Virus record (IMG/VR): IMGVR_UViG_3300023097_000001
Coordinates: 1-55,310 of that record
Source of the DNA: a virus
Lineage: Duplodnaviria; Caudoviricetes
Length of the DNA stretch: 55,310 nucleotides
Reading direction: 5' to 3' (one strand)
Part shown: piece after piece, positions 28,076 to 37,674 of the stretch
How positions within the stretch are numbered: the first letter of the stretch is position 1
How the letters are laid out: every line of letters begins with the position of its first letter
Made by a program: the position numbers and the translations under genes
Notes under the pieces: model-generated
The model's input: only the letters and a program-made list of their open reading frames with translations
Told to the model about the DNA's origin: nothing
Databases searched by the model: none

Positions 28076-28527
28076 TGAACGAGAAGAGTGTTTGGGTTCG
28101 AGTCAAGTCGTACACCACGGAAGACTACTGGGATGGCGAGGCCTATGGCGATTGGCGCGTCACCAAGGAGTACAGCGGTGCAAGCGTGCACCTCACCCGT
28201 GACGGCGAAATTGGCTACCGCTTGGATGAAGTCGAGGTCCCCTTCGAGCCCAAGGCAGACCAGGTCGTGTGGGTCGTTGTTGTGGAGTACTCCACGGGCA
28301 ACACCTTCGGGCATGAGAGCGGCGCAACCCACGTTGTGGGTGTGTACGACGATGGGGTTGTCGCATCCATCGTGAAGGGGAAGATCGAGGACGACTACAA
28401 GAACAACTACCGGGGCAGCAATGAGATCAAGGTAGAAGGTCAGCCCGACATCTACACCTACACGTGGAAGGGCTACTTCGAGTCCCTCGAAAACGTCCAC
28501 GTTGAGCGAGTTCACATCAACCCCTGA
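28075..28527 (+). CDS. hypothetical protein
   Basis: TGATG-coupled ORF with AAGGAG RBS. Confidence 0.75.
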   Translation: MNEKSVWVRVKSYTTEDYWDGEAYGDWRVTKEYSGASVHLTRDGEIGYRLDEVEVPFEPKADQVVWVVVVEYSTGNTFGHESGATHVVGVYDDGVVASIVKGKIEDDYKNNYRGSNEIKVEGQPDIYTYTWKGYFESLENVHVERVHINP

Positions 28528-28538
28528 AAGGGATAACA

Positions 28539-29279
28539 ATGACGAACGCAGTGCATGAGGCTTGGGAACTCCTTTCCAATGTCTCGGATGGTGTCTGGGA
28601 GACCCAGTCTCCGCAGTGGCAGGTCGACACCGAAGCGTGGCGGGACCGCTACATGGGTAAGTCGAAGCACATGGGTGAGGTCGGGTTCATCAAGTGGCCG
28701 TCGACTCCGCGCTTCCACAAGTACCTGACCATTGCCGAGAAGATCAATGGCACGAACGCGGCCATTCGTATCCTGGACGGTAAGGTCACGACCCAGTCCC
28801 GCAAGCGGATCATCACGCCTGACGATGACAACTTCGGCTTCGCCAGGTGGGCGTACGACAACGCTGGTGCTCTTACGGATGTTCTGGGCTACGGTGTCCA
28901 CTTCGGTGAGTGGTTCGGTGAGGGCATCCAGAAGAACCCTCTGGGTATCGAGGGCAAGCGCTTCGCGCACTTCTCCCCGTGGAAGTTCAACGACGCAGAG
29001 AAGGAGCGAATCGAGAACTCTGGTCTTGTGGAGTTCGTTCCGATCCTCTTCGAGGGTCAGGCTGACTTCATGACGATTCCCACTGTGCTCACGAACCTGA
29101 GCCAGTTTGGTAGTCAGGTTTCTGGAGCAGCACGGTATGTCCCCGAATCTTTTGATGGTCCGGCGGGCGACTTCACTGTCGCCAACAAGGCTGAGGGCAT
29201 CATCGTGTGGCAGAAGGAGACTCAGCAGAAGTACAAGATCCTGCTGGAGAACGACTCCATCCACAAGGGGCAGCTGTGA
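28539..29279 (+). CDS. RNA ligase, Rnl2-like nucleotidyltransferase domain
   Basis: EKINGTN, QSR-x-R, DNFGFA-x-W, FGEWFG-x-GIQ, VP-x-L and EGIIV. Confidence 0.85.
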   Translation: MTNAVHEAWELLSNVSDGVWETQSPQWQVDTEAWRDRYMGKSKHMGEVGFIKWPSTPRFHKYLTIAEKINGTNAAIRILDGKVTTQSRKRIITPDDDNFGFARWAYDNAGALTDVLGYGVHFGEWFGEGIQKNPLGIEGKRFAHFSPWKFNDAEKERIENSGLVEFVPILFEGQADFMTIPTVLTNLSQFGSQVSGAARYVPESFDGPAGDFTVANKAEGIIVWQKETQQKYKILLENDSIHKGQL

Positions 29280-29597
29280 CCGATGCGGACCTGGAACGTG
29301 CTCTCACCAACGAGCTGGGTCCGCCTCGGGTTAGGCAGAAGCCTCCCACGTCCGGTCAGAGTTACGCGGTCAGCACGTGGATCTGGTCTGAATGGAACAG
29401 GATGAACGATCAGATCAAGAACATTCCTTGGTGGCGTGTAACCCTACGGGTACAGGCACGAAGGAAATCCAACCAGTTCCAGACTGCTCTAGGCGTGATA
29501 CACAACTACGTCCCATCGAGTGACTGATGAACTACGGTGAGATGTTCTTCATCGTATTCACCATCATGGTGATTGTGGGCATAGTCAAACTACCAGA

Positions 29598-29885
29598 ATG
29601 GATGCAATGAACACAGTGAATATCAACAGCGGTGGCAACGTGCAGTTTGCGGTTGGGTCCGACAATGTCGTCCAGATCCAAGGGCGAGACATGCTGCGTG
29701 AGTCCGAACTGAAGGAGTACGTGGCTCATCTCGTGCAGTCCAGGATGACCGGAGTCGAAGACTCTGATGTGTGGGAACTTGCCGATGAGTTCTTTGGTGT
29801 GGACCTGAATCAGAAGGAACTGGACCATGTGTTCAGGCTTCTGGGTTCCGCCAAGGTCGAAGTGGAGATCTCGTGGCCGTCGTAG
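29598..29885 (+). CDS. hypothetical protein
   Basis: ORF in the + strand operon. Confidence 0.6.
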   Translation: MDAMNTVNINSGGNVQFAVGSDNVVQIQGRDMLRESELKEYVAHLVQSRMTGVEDSDVWELADEFFGVDLNQKELDHVFRLLGSAKVEVEISWPS

Positions 29886-30065
29886 AACGAGAACGACTGG
29901 TCATCTATTTCGACAAGCCTGATAGCTGGGTTGGTGACCTCACCCTTCCGGCTGGGTTTGCGGAGATGGAATACGATGAGCAGAACGACATCATCGAGAA
30001 CATCGTGAAGAGCTACCAACTCCGAGAACTGTCCGTGGACTACTGGGACTACGTGTAAGGGAGTC

Positions 30066-30311
30066 ATGTTACCCACCTATTGGAGCTACGTTCTGTCGCT
30101 CGTGGGGGCCTTGGGTGTCTTGCTCATCATGAGCGGGAAGATAGCTGCGGGTGCGTGGGTGGGATTGGGCAACCAAGTACTGTGGGCTGCTTACGCTTGG
30201 GTTTCCAAGCAGGGTGGCTTCTGGTTCTCGGTTGCCCTTTACACCTCCATCAACTTGTACGGCCTGTACAAGCATTACAACAAGAGGGGCAAAGAAGATG
30301 TTGACGAATAA
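30066..30311 (+). CDS. small 3-TM membrane protein (PnuC-half-like)
   Basis: Three hydrophobic segments, W-x4-NQ-x-LW-x2-Y and N-x-YG. Confidence 0.55.
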   Translation: MLPTYWSYVLSLVGALGVLLIMSGKIAAGAWVGLGNQVLWAAYAWVSKQGGFWFSVALYTSINLYGLYKHYNKRGKEDVDE

Positions 30312-30774
30312 GCCAACCGTGCTGATAATCCTGGGCATCCTGATTTTGGTGCTGGTACTGAGCGCGGTGAACTAGCATGGTTCGAAACGTAGTGGGTGAC
30401 TTCAACACCTCAGGCCAGGAGAAGTGCTGGCACTGTGGAAGTTACTTCCCCGAAGCGTGGATTCACACCCACGCCGACAAGTGCGACAAGAACCCGGCCA
30501 ATCAGGAAGACGAAGAATGATGAAGCACTTGTACGATTGCCCTGTTTGCGGGGCGTTCAAGGGTGTAGGAAAGTGTCCTAACGGGCATGGCACGAAGAAG
30601 TTCCGATGACACTGCTTGAGCTAGCAAGAGAGATCGCTGTGCTTCAAGCCAAGGCTAGGTGCGGTGATTCTGTCTACATGGATGGGTCACATAACCCAAC
30701 CTTCCGAGAGTCCAAGGAAGCTGGTTGGTTGGTGGACGCTTTTGCGGCGTCCCATCCCGAACTGAAGGAGGAAC

Positions 30775-31275
30775 GTGAAGTACTGGTATGACACCGAGTT
30801 TTACGAAGACGGAGAGCGTATCCATCTGATCTCCTTCGGCATCGTCGCCGAAGATGGTCGAGAGCTTTACCTGGAGAACTCCGATTTCGACTGGAACACT
30901 GTTCCGGTAGACCATTGGCTGTGGGAGAACGTTCGTCCCCATCTCACCAATGATGAATGCCTGCCCAAGGCAGCTATGGCAGAAGAGATCCGCAAGTTCA
31001 TCACGATGGAAGGTACGGAGTTCGACAATCAGCTCTGGGGTTACTTCAGCTCGTACGATCATGTCGTGCTGGCCCAGCTGTTCGGGCGTATGGTCAACAT
31101 GCCAAAGGGCATCCCGTGGTACACCATGGATGTCAAGCAGGTTGCCAAGACCATGGGAGTCACGACTCTCCCGATCCAGGACGAGGTGCACCACCACGCG
31201 TTGTCTGATGCGAGGTGGACCAAGAAGGCTTACGAATACTTGGACAGTCTGTGGGTCGATAACAATGGCGGCTAA
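30775..31275 (+). CDS. 3'-5' exoribonuclease, RNase AS / Rv2179c-like DEDDh
   Basis: YDTEF, LISFGIVAEDGRE-x-Y, YDHV-x-L-x-QLFG and H-x-AL-x-DARW. Confidence 0.87.
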   Translation: MKYWYDTEFYEDGERIHLISFGIVAEDGRELYLENSDFDWNTVPVDHWLWENVRPHLTNDECLPKAAMAEEIRKFITMEGTEFDNQLWGYFSSYDHVVLAQLFGRMVNMPKGIPWYTMDVKQVAKTMGVTTLPIQDEVHHHALSDARWTKKAYEYLDSLWVDNNGG

Positions 31276-31557
31276 GGCTTATCTCCATGCGGGTGGGCCT
31301 CTTCATGGCAAGTTGGTCTTCCTGGAAAACCCAGGGCACACCTACGTCCACGCCAAGCTGCGGCCCATTGACGTTAGGTTGCACGGGCGATGGGATGCCG
31401 TGGACAACCTTGGTTATGACGAGTTCACTTACTACAGGGTCAACACCGACCTGTTTGGTAGGCCCATCACGGTGTATGTCTGCACGAAAATCGGCAGGGT
31501 TCAAGATCTGCTGTTCGATGTCCTGGTTTCCTCAGCAGCAAAGGCAGGTGTGGTCGA

Positions 31558-31824
31558 ATGAAGAAGGCTCTGAGAGCGTCTCTGGCGCTCGTAATGGCTA
31601 TGACCCTAGTTGGGTGTGGCAGTGTGGGTTCTGAGCCCGCAGGGGCGTCCTCAGCCCCAGCAATCACTACTCTGGACACCCACGAGTTCTACATGGAAGA
31701 GTACGGACTGGTGAAGGTCCGAACCTACTGTCGTAATGGTGACTTCTTCGTCGCCAGTTTCAGCTACCGAGAAGGTGGCGTCCAGATCGAACCAGAACTG
31801 AAAGATAGGTGTGTAGGCAAGTGA
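31558..31824 (+). CDS. lipoprotein
   Basis: Lipobox LVGC after a signal peptide. Confidence 0.7.
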   Translation: MKKALRASLALVMAMTLVGCGSVGSEPAGASSAPAITTLDTHEFYMEEYGLVKVRTYCRNGDFFVASFSYREGGVQIEPELKDRCVGK

Positions 31825-33248
31825 GTTGGACCTGTTTTACGTGTGGATTCAGCGTTGACTGTGATGATGCCGAGCTGTTCGCACGAATTGTGGATTCCCA
31901 TATGTCCAGGGCTCATTAAGGAGATTTAGACAATGACATGGACTTGTGTATGTGGCTACAGCGTGACAAACGACAACACATCGGTTGTGGAGAAGGCAAT
32001 GGATGCACACGTGAGGACGTGCATCATGCTCCAGGCCTAAGGATGGTGACATGAGCCCGTGGCCTCAGCCCACTAAAGACGGGGCGATGTGTTCGATCTG
32101 TCTTTACTGGTTTCACATCGACCTACTAGCAACAGACCCAGAAGACAACAGGAAGACCGACACCTGTGTTGCTTGTTGGCACTGGGAACAAGAGGAAATG
32201 AGGAAGCGCAATGCCTGACAACACTTACACCTGGGTCGTCATGAGAGAAGGCAACCCAATCCCGGAGTTGGTGTTCCAGAAGAAGTACGACCTCAGGTCT
32301 TGGATCAATGGTCAGTCCGAACCCGAGACTGCCGATATCAGGATCTTCCGCTTCCCGCCTTACGGGCGGGTTGGTGGAACCGAGGTGTTCATCTCGGACA
32401 TCCTATCCAAGTGAGTGAATGGGTGTGTGACCGGTGCGGGGGCCGCGATGCGGCCTCCTGCCCGGAGACCTGTACCGGAAGAACATGGGGAGACAAATGA
32501 TTTCAAGTTGGTGTTACACGTGCGGTAAGATCAAGGGCACTGGAGGTTGTACGCATGGCTGAGAAGAGGCTCACCGAGACGGATATCGAAGACATCCAAG
32601 CGACCCTTGAGGGTCAGGACCTTGGTTTCATCATTGGGGAGGACTGATGACTGACCCGAACGGTAACCCGCTCACCAAGGAAGAGCAGGAGCAGATCCGA
32701 GAGGTCTTGGGTGACCAAGCCGACGACTACATTTGGGATGAGGACGACTGATGTCGTACCACACCGATGACTTGGAGTTCCTGGAACTCCTGGACGAGAT
32801 TGACCCCGTATGGCCCAGAACTGATGAGGACGAAGACTAGTAGTGTGTAGAGACTGCGAGCAACGCTCAGCAGATGAAACACTGGACCAGATATTCGACG
32901 AGTTGGAGGAAGAACATGGGTAAGGGCAAGGGAAACGGCGAAGGTGAGTTCTCCGATGAGGAGCTGGACCGACTTTACGACGAGATGATCGAAGCTGAGA
33001 ACAAGGACCCAGAAGAGGACGACTAATGCCGATGCACCCGTGCCCCGGTTGTAATGGATCGGGGCTCCAAGGTGACTACATCTGCTCTGACTGTGGTGGA
33101 GAACGGTACTTCTACTCTCCCTACAGCAAACCACCGGACACAGGAGACGATGACGATGATTGATCCAATCGACGAAGAGGATCGCGCAAGCGACCTGGAC
33201 CTTGACGACTACATTGACGTCCTGAACGGCGACTTCTACATCGACTAG
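31821..33248 (+). other. array of 13 closely packed micro-ORFs (21-67 aa), Zn-finger and hyperacidic
   Basis: Hand translation; start/stop overlaps or very short gaps throughout (see findings). Confidence 0.7.
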
Positions 33249-33259
33249 CACAAAACAAG

Positions 33260-33294
33260 AAAAGCCCCCACCTCATCGAGGTGGGGGCTTTTTT
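33260..33294. terminator. bidirectional intrinsic terminator between the convergent arms
   Basis: AAAAGCCCCCACCTC-ATC-GAGGTGGGGGCTTTTTT. Confidence 0.9.
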
Positions 33295-33301
33295 GCGTTG
33301 C

Positions 33302-33520
33302 TTAGCTTACTACCGACGGGCTCTGGGGAGCACCGACGTTCTTCAGGGCCAGGCCCTTCAGGACAACCAGGACTGCGCCACCCAGGCCTACGCCCAGTGC
33401 AGCCTTGAAATCCAGGTTAAGGACATCGAGAACATCCAGCCCCGTAACACTCAGAACACCACCCGCGAAACCCTGTACGGTCTCTTCGGCTAGCTTCTTC
33501 CAATAGGTCGCGGTCCACAT
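33302..33520 (-). CDS. holin (r1t-like)
   Basis: 72 aa with two TM segments; YWK-x-LAE-x2-VQ-x-FA and a C-terminal SPS. Confidence 0.75.
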   Translation of the reverse strand: MWTATYWKKLAEETVQGFAGGVLSVTGLDVLDVLNLDFKAALGVGLGGAVLVVLKGLALKNVGAPQSPSVVS

Positions 33521-33533
33521 AATTTCCTTCTTC

Positions 33534-33830
33534 CTACTTGTTGGTCATGATGAGCAACGTCAGGGCAACAATGACCGGAAACACGAGGGAGGTCAAAATT
33601 GCCCAGAACGCCTGCTTCGAGGCCAGAGACCGACGAAGTTGTTCAGCTTCGAACTTTGTCTCAAGGACCGTGAGGTCTGCCCTGAGATCCGTGATCTGGT
33701 GACCATGCGTGGATGACTCCACGTCGTGTCTGTTGATGTAATCCGAGAACTTGTCACCTAGTGACCTTATCTCGGTATACAGTTCTGTCATACCGATGGA
33801 ATGCACGGTGACATCTCCTGATTCTGCCAT
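33534..33830 (-). CDS. membrane protein (coiled coil plus C-terminal TM), lysis-associated
   Basis: Position beside the holin; single TM. Confidence 0.6.
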   Translation of the reverse strand: MAESGDVTVHSIGMTELYTEIRSLGDKFSDYINRHDVESSTHGHQITDLRADLTVLETKFEAEQLRRSLASKQAFWAILTSLVFPVIVALTLLIMTNK

Positions 33831-33839
33831 AAGTTCCCC

Positions 33840-34412
33840 TTAGGTTGCCCCGATGTACTCCACGATCATGAAGCTGTGCTGGTCGGTGGCATTGGAGAAC
33901 GTAGCGATAGAACCACCAGAGTTCTGGTTGGTCCACATCTCGAAGTAGTCCGTAGAACCATTAGCAATCAACGTCGCCTGGCACACTGCGGTCAGGGCGA
34001 TGAAGGAGGAGGTATACAGCGCCTTCTCCTGGTACGTAGCGGACCCCAGAACAACAGCCCCGTTCTTTCGGAACTGGGAGATCACCGAGCCCGTGCCTGC
34101 GGCCGGAACACACACGCCACCGGTCAACCTGTATCGGCCAGCCGTTACCGGCGTAACCCTACTGATGTTGGTCACGGTGGAGTGCATGTTCTGTGGGTCG
34201 ATGACCTCCGCATTGAAGGTCACCGCCACAGGCGTAAGGTTGGAGATAGTCTGCGTTCCCGCAGCGTTCTGGTAAATGTGGCAGTAGGCCGTATTACCCA
34301 CAACCGCATTCATTCGAGCGTCAAGGTCGACTACGTTGGAGACAACCTTATTGTACTCGGACGAAGAGGCTACCTGACCTGTTACAGCAGGTGCCATTGC
34401 AACAAAAGCCAT
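33840..34412 (-). CDS. minor tail / receptor-binding protein (C1q/TNF-like beta sandwich)
   Basis: VTF-x-AE-x2-D, AG-x-Y and NGSTDYFE; last gene of the tail module. Confidence 0.65.
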   Translation of the reverse strand: MAFVAMAPAVTGQVASSSEYNKVVSNVVDLDARMNAVVGNTAYCHIYQNAAGTQTISNLTPVAVTFNAEVIDPQNMHSTVTNISRVTPVTAGRYRLTGGVCVPAAGTGSVISQFRKNGAVVLGSATYQEKALYTSSFIALTAVCQATLIANGSTDYFEMWTNQNSGGSIATFSNATDQHSFMIVEYIGAT

Positions 34413-36844
34413 TAGTAACCCCAAACAAGGTTGGTATCCCAGAGGCCGTACTGGGTGTCATCCCAGAGACCGCCGGTTACACGAGTCAACTGAACGGTAA
34501 GGACTTCAACAAGACCGGCTTCGACACTGAACGTCCTGTTGATGCCGTAAATCTGTGCGGCAAACCTCTCACCCAGACCCGAACGATCTCGGATCTCGAT
34601 GGTGTCTCCGCGCTGTAGCCGGGGGTCTCCCGGAATGGTGATGGTGTCTGCCAGAGGCACTGGTTCCAGCGTCTCCGTCATCAGACGGGTCACGATGCCC
34701 AGCTCGTTGTAGGTCTCGGTTACCCAGTTCCCACCCAGAGCCAGAGAGCGCGCGTTGTACTTCGTCACGGACGCCGTATCCAGGGTTGTGTTGTCCGTAG
34801 ACGGCCTGGAACGTGTCGCGGTACCTCCGATGTGCAGAGCAGCCTGTCCGCCGTCTGTGGCGAACCTGGCGGGCACGTTGTACCCGTTGTAGATCTGGAT
34901 CACCAGACGGTTCTGTGCGTCGAACCAGGCGAACACATCGACACCCGACAAGAATGCCTCGTCCTCAACCCACGTGTTGTTCACGTAGAACTGCACGACA
35001 TACCCATGGTGGACATCGTCGTACCACAGAGGGATACCGAAAGGCAGTGAGGGGTCCGTGGTGTACCTGGTGACGATCTCAGGAGACGGAGTCTGGGCTT
35101 CCGGAACATCGAACGTCCATGTGCGACGCTCACCCGGTCCGATGTAGAACTGGTCCACACCATCAGCCACAAAACACGCGTCGCCATAAGCCACCCTTGA
35201 AGTGCCGGCCACGCTTACCACGTTACGCACTGAATCCAGGGAGTTGGTGAACCCCAGTGAATTCAGATCATCGAGGTAGAAGTTCCTTACTGGCTTGTTA
35301 CGTAGCATTTGCATACGTTCCATGTTCCAGAAGTTGAACTTACCGTTCTCATCCCAAAACACAGAACCAAACTCGGCTTCAGCCACGTTCGAAATCAGAT
35401 CCCATGCGTCCACGTTACGGACCTGGGGGAAGAACGACTGCTTGATCAGACCCTTGTCGACGGTAGCCGCGTACTTCGGGGTACGGTTGCCCCACTGGTC
35501 TGCGATCGTTGGCCCGCTTGTGCCACCAAAGTTCGTGGCGGCCCAGAAGATGTCCTGAAGACCGACCCTACGGATGATCTGTGCCTGACCCTGGTATGGG
35601 TCATTCAATCCCACGAATGGAATCGGAGCACCAACCACGGTGTAGTCAGACCCAGTCTGGTTTGCACCAACCCTGACCCATGCCTTGACCCCGGAAGCGT
35701 GAAAAGCCTCCCAGGACACGTTGACACGCTGTGCCTGAGCACCACTGGGGATGTTCACCTTGGCGGTGATCTGAACCAGCGCGGTCAGGGGGCGAATGAA
35801 CCTGGACCAGATCTGTCCGGCACCAATCCACACTTCGATGTAGTACCCATCGCCCAGATTTACGGTCATGACAACCTGATCAGGGCAGTTGAATACGTAA
35901 GCAGCACCAGTACCCTGTGTGATCAGGGTGAACCCGAGGGTTTGCGCACCCAGGGCATTGATTCGGCTGCGTTCAGCACCCCAATACGTGTTCACGTTAC
36001 CCTGGACGTCTACCAAGGCCCTGAAAGCCTGTGGGTAGTTCGTGGGGTCTGGGGAATCCGTGTGGGTCCAGCCATTCTGCTCGTACATCTCCACACCATT
36101 GATTTCGGTGTTGGGGAACTCCTGTACGTTCCAGTTGTCGACCTGACCCACGTTGGGAATCCAAGAACCAGCCCCGGAGATCCAAAGCTGGAGGTTGGTG
36201 GACGTACCCTGCGGAAGACTGTTCTCGGTCAGCGTCGCAGGACGATACCTGGTCGTGGAAGCGTTACACATCTTCAAAGCGTGGTCGATAACCCACTGGG
36301 CGTCTGCCAACTGACCCTTGATGATGTTGAATCCGGCGTGGTACTCGAAAATGGCCCAGGTAGGCAGGTTTACAGGCCTGCGAAGCTGTTCCACACGGTC
36401 CAATGCCGTGATTTCGACCTCCCCGGTCCCCCGGTTTGGTGAAATCTGTCGGACATTGCCGATGAACTGGGGATACCACACGGTTCCGACAGCCGTCTTC
36501 AGACCAAGCTCGTACTTGATCTCCACACCGATGGTGTTGGTCGCGCTGATCGGAGATCCCGAGCGATATGGGCTGAAAATAGCGTCCAGAGACATCCCGT
36601 CGCGCTGTCCGGCCACCACGGCGGTGAGCTGGGCCGAAGAAGAGCCCTCAACCGTACTGAGTTCAGTAGGAAGAGAGCCCTTCAACGACGCATCTGTGTT
36701 CGCGGACTGGACATAAGCAGACATGTCTGACATTGCGTGGTTGTAGAGCCCATTACGGTTCCAGTCAACCAGGAGACGGACGCCAAAGCGTCGTTCCGGG
36801 CTTACAATAGCCGCGTAGGCGTCTGCACCTCCTTGCGTCTGCAC
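34412..36844 (-). CDS. minor tail protein (baseplate hub / central fibre)
   Basis: 810 aa after the distal tail gene; FWDENG-x-F-x-F and GDPRLQ-x-GD. Confidence 0.75.
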   Translation of the reverse strand: MQTQGGADAYAAIVSPERRFGVRLLVDWNRNGLYNHAMSDMSAYVQSANTDASLKGSLPTELSTVEGSSSAQLTAVVAGQRDGMSLDAIFSPYRSGSPISATNTIGVEIKYELGLKTAVGTVWYPQFIGNVRQISPNRGTGEVEITALDRVEQLRRPVNLPTWAIFEYHAGFNIIKGQLADAQWVIDHALKMCNASTTRYRPATLTENSLPQGTSTNLQLWISGAGSWIPNVGQVDNWNVQEFPNTEINGVEMYEQNGWTHTDSPDPTNYPQAFRALVDVQGNVNTYWGAERSRINALGAQTLGFTLITQGTGAAYVFNCPDQVVMTVNLGDGYYIEVWIGAGQIWSRFIRPLTALVQITAKVNIPSGAQAQRVNVSWEAFHASGVKAWVRVGANQTGSDYTVVGAPIPFVGLNDPYQGQAQIIRRVGLQDIFWAATNFGGTSGPTIADQWGNRTPKYAATVDKGLIKQSFFPQVRNVDAWDLISNVAEAEFGSVFWDENGKFNFWNMERMQMLRNKPVRNFYLDDLNSLGFTNSLDSVRNVVSVAGTSRVAYGDACFVADGVDQFYIGPGERRTWTFDVPEAQTPSPEIVTRYTTDPSLPFGIPLWYDDVHHGYVVQFYVNNTWVEDEAFLSGVDVFAWFDAQNRLVIQIYNGYNVPARFATDGGQAALHIGGTATRSRPSTDNTTLDTASVTKYNARSLALGGNWVTETYNELGIVTRLMTETLEPVPLADTITIPGDPRLQRGDTIEIRDRSGLGERFAAQIYGINRTFSVEAGLVEVLTVQLTRVTGGLWDDTQYGLWDTNLVWGY

Positions 36845-36846
36845 TT

Positions 36847-37674
36847 CTATGCCTCCAATAGTCCGATAGTTGCATTCATTAGTGGGTACCTAGGCGAGGA
36901 AGCCGGCATTTGGTCAACCAATACCAGCAAATCTCCACCACCCTGGTCCCATGGGGTAGCAGAAGATCCAATTTCCACCTGAGAAGCCGCAACACGGACC
37001 TCAACAGTGGAAGTGGAGTACATGGCGAAGTACCCCAGAGCCGCATTGGCTGGTGGAGTCGCCGTAAGAGGGAACCTGACCCACGACGTAGTCACGGAAG
37101 CACTCCCAGTGCTGGAAGATAGGTAAACCCCATACTTGTCGAACCAGTCGTAGGCCAATGTCATCGTGAAAGCCGAGTTACCCTTGAGGTAAACCGATGC
37201 TGTCACTGGCGTGCCCGCAGTACATACGAACTTCTTGTCCGCATCCCAGCGTGCCGTTGACGTGCCCGCACGGTTATACCACCGTGTCGACTGCCAGCCC
37301 GGCCCTGCTGCTGTAGGCCAATCGGCCACATAATCGACAACCCCAGCATCTACATAAAACCCACGGTTTTGCATGGGTTCAGGATTGCAGGATGCCGCGT
37401 AAATCGTCATCTTGTTCTTACGAAGCGGATTCACAAGGCGGTGAGGCCCCGGAATGTGCCGGGTGTGAAGAGCCTGGAGCCAACGATAGTCTGCCTCGTC
37501 GAGGTAGGTCATCGTCAGTTCCACGGTGGTCTTCACACCCGTGACGTCCATGGTCCTCGCGCCGTTGAGTCCCTGGTGAATGCCCCCGTATCGAACCTCG
37601 GTGATGTTGATCCCCGTTTCCGGGGTCACCAGTTCACGGAGGTCACCCGGTGGACCCAAAAGCCAAGCAACCAT
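36847..37674 (-). CDS. minor tail protein (distal tail with carbohydrate-binding-like insert)
   Basis: Directly follows the tape measure; TASVYLKG, W-x-R and QVEIGS-x-ATPW. Confidence 0.7.
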   Translation of the reverse strand: MVAWLLGPPGDLRELVTPETGINITEVRYGGIHQGLNGARTMDVTGVKTTVELTMTYLDEADYRWLQALHTRHIPGPHRLVNPLRKNKMTIYAASCNPEPMQNRGFYVDAGVVDYVADWPTAAGPGWQSTRWYNRAGTSTARWDADKKFVCTAGTPVTASVYLKGNSAFTMTLAYDWFDKYGVYLSSSTGSASVTTSWVRFPLTATPPANAALGYFAMYSTSTVEVRVAASQVEIGSSATPWDQGGGDLLVLVDQMPASSPRYPLMNATIGLLEA

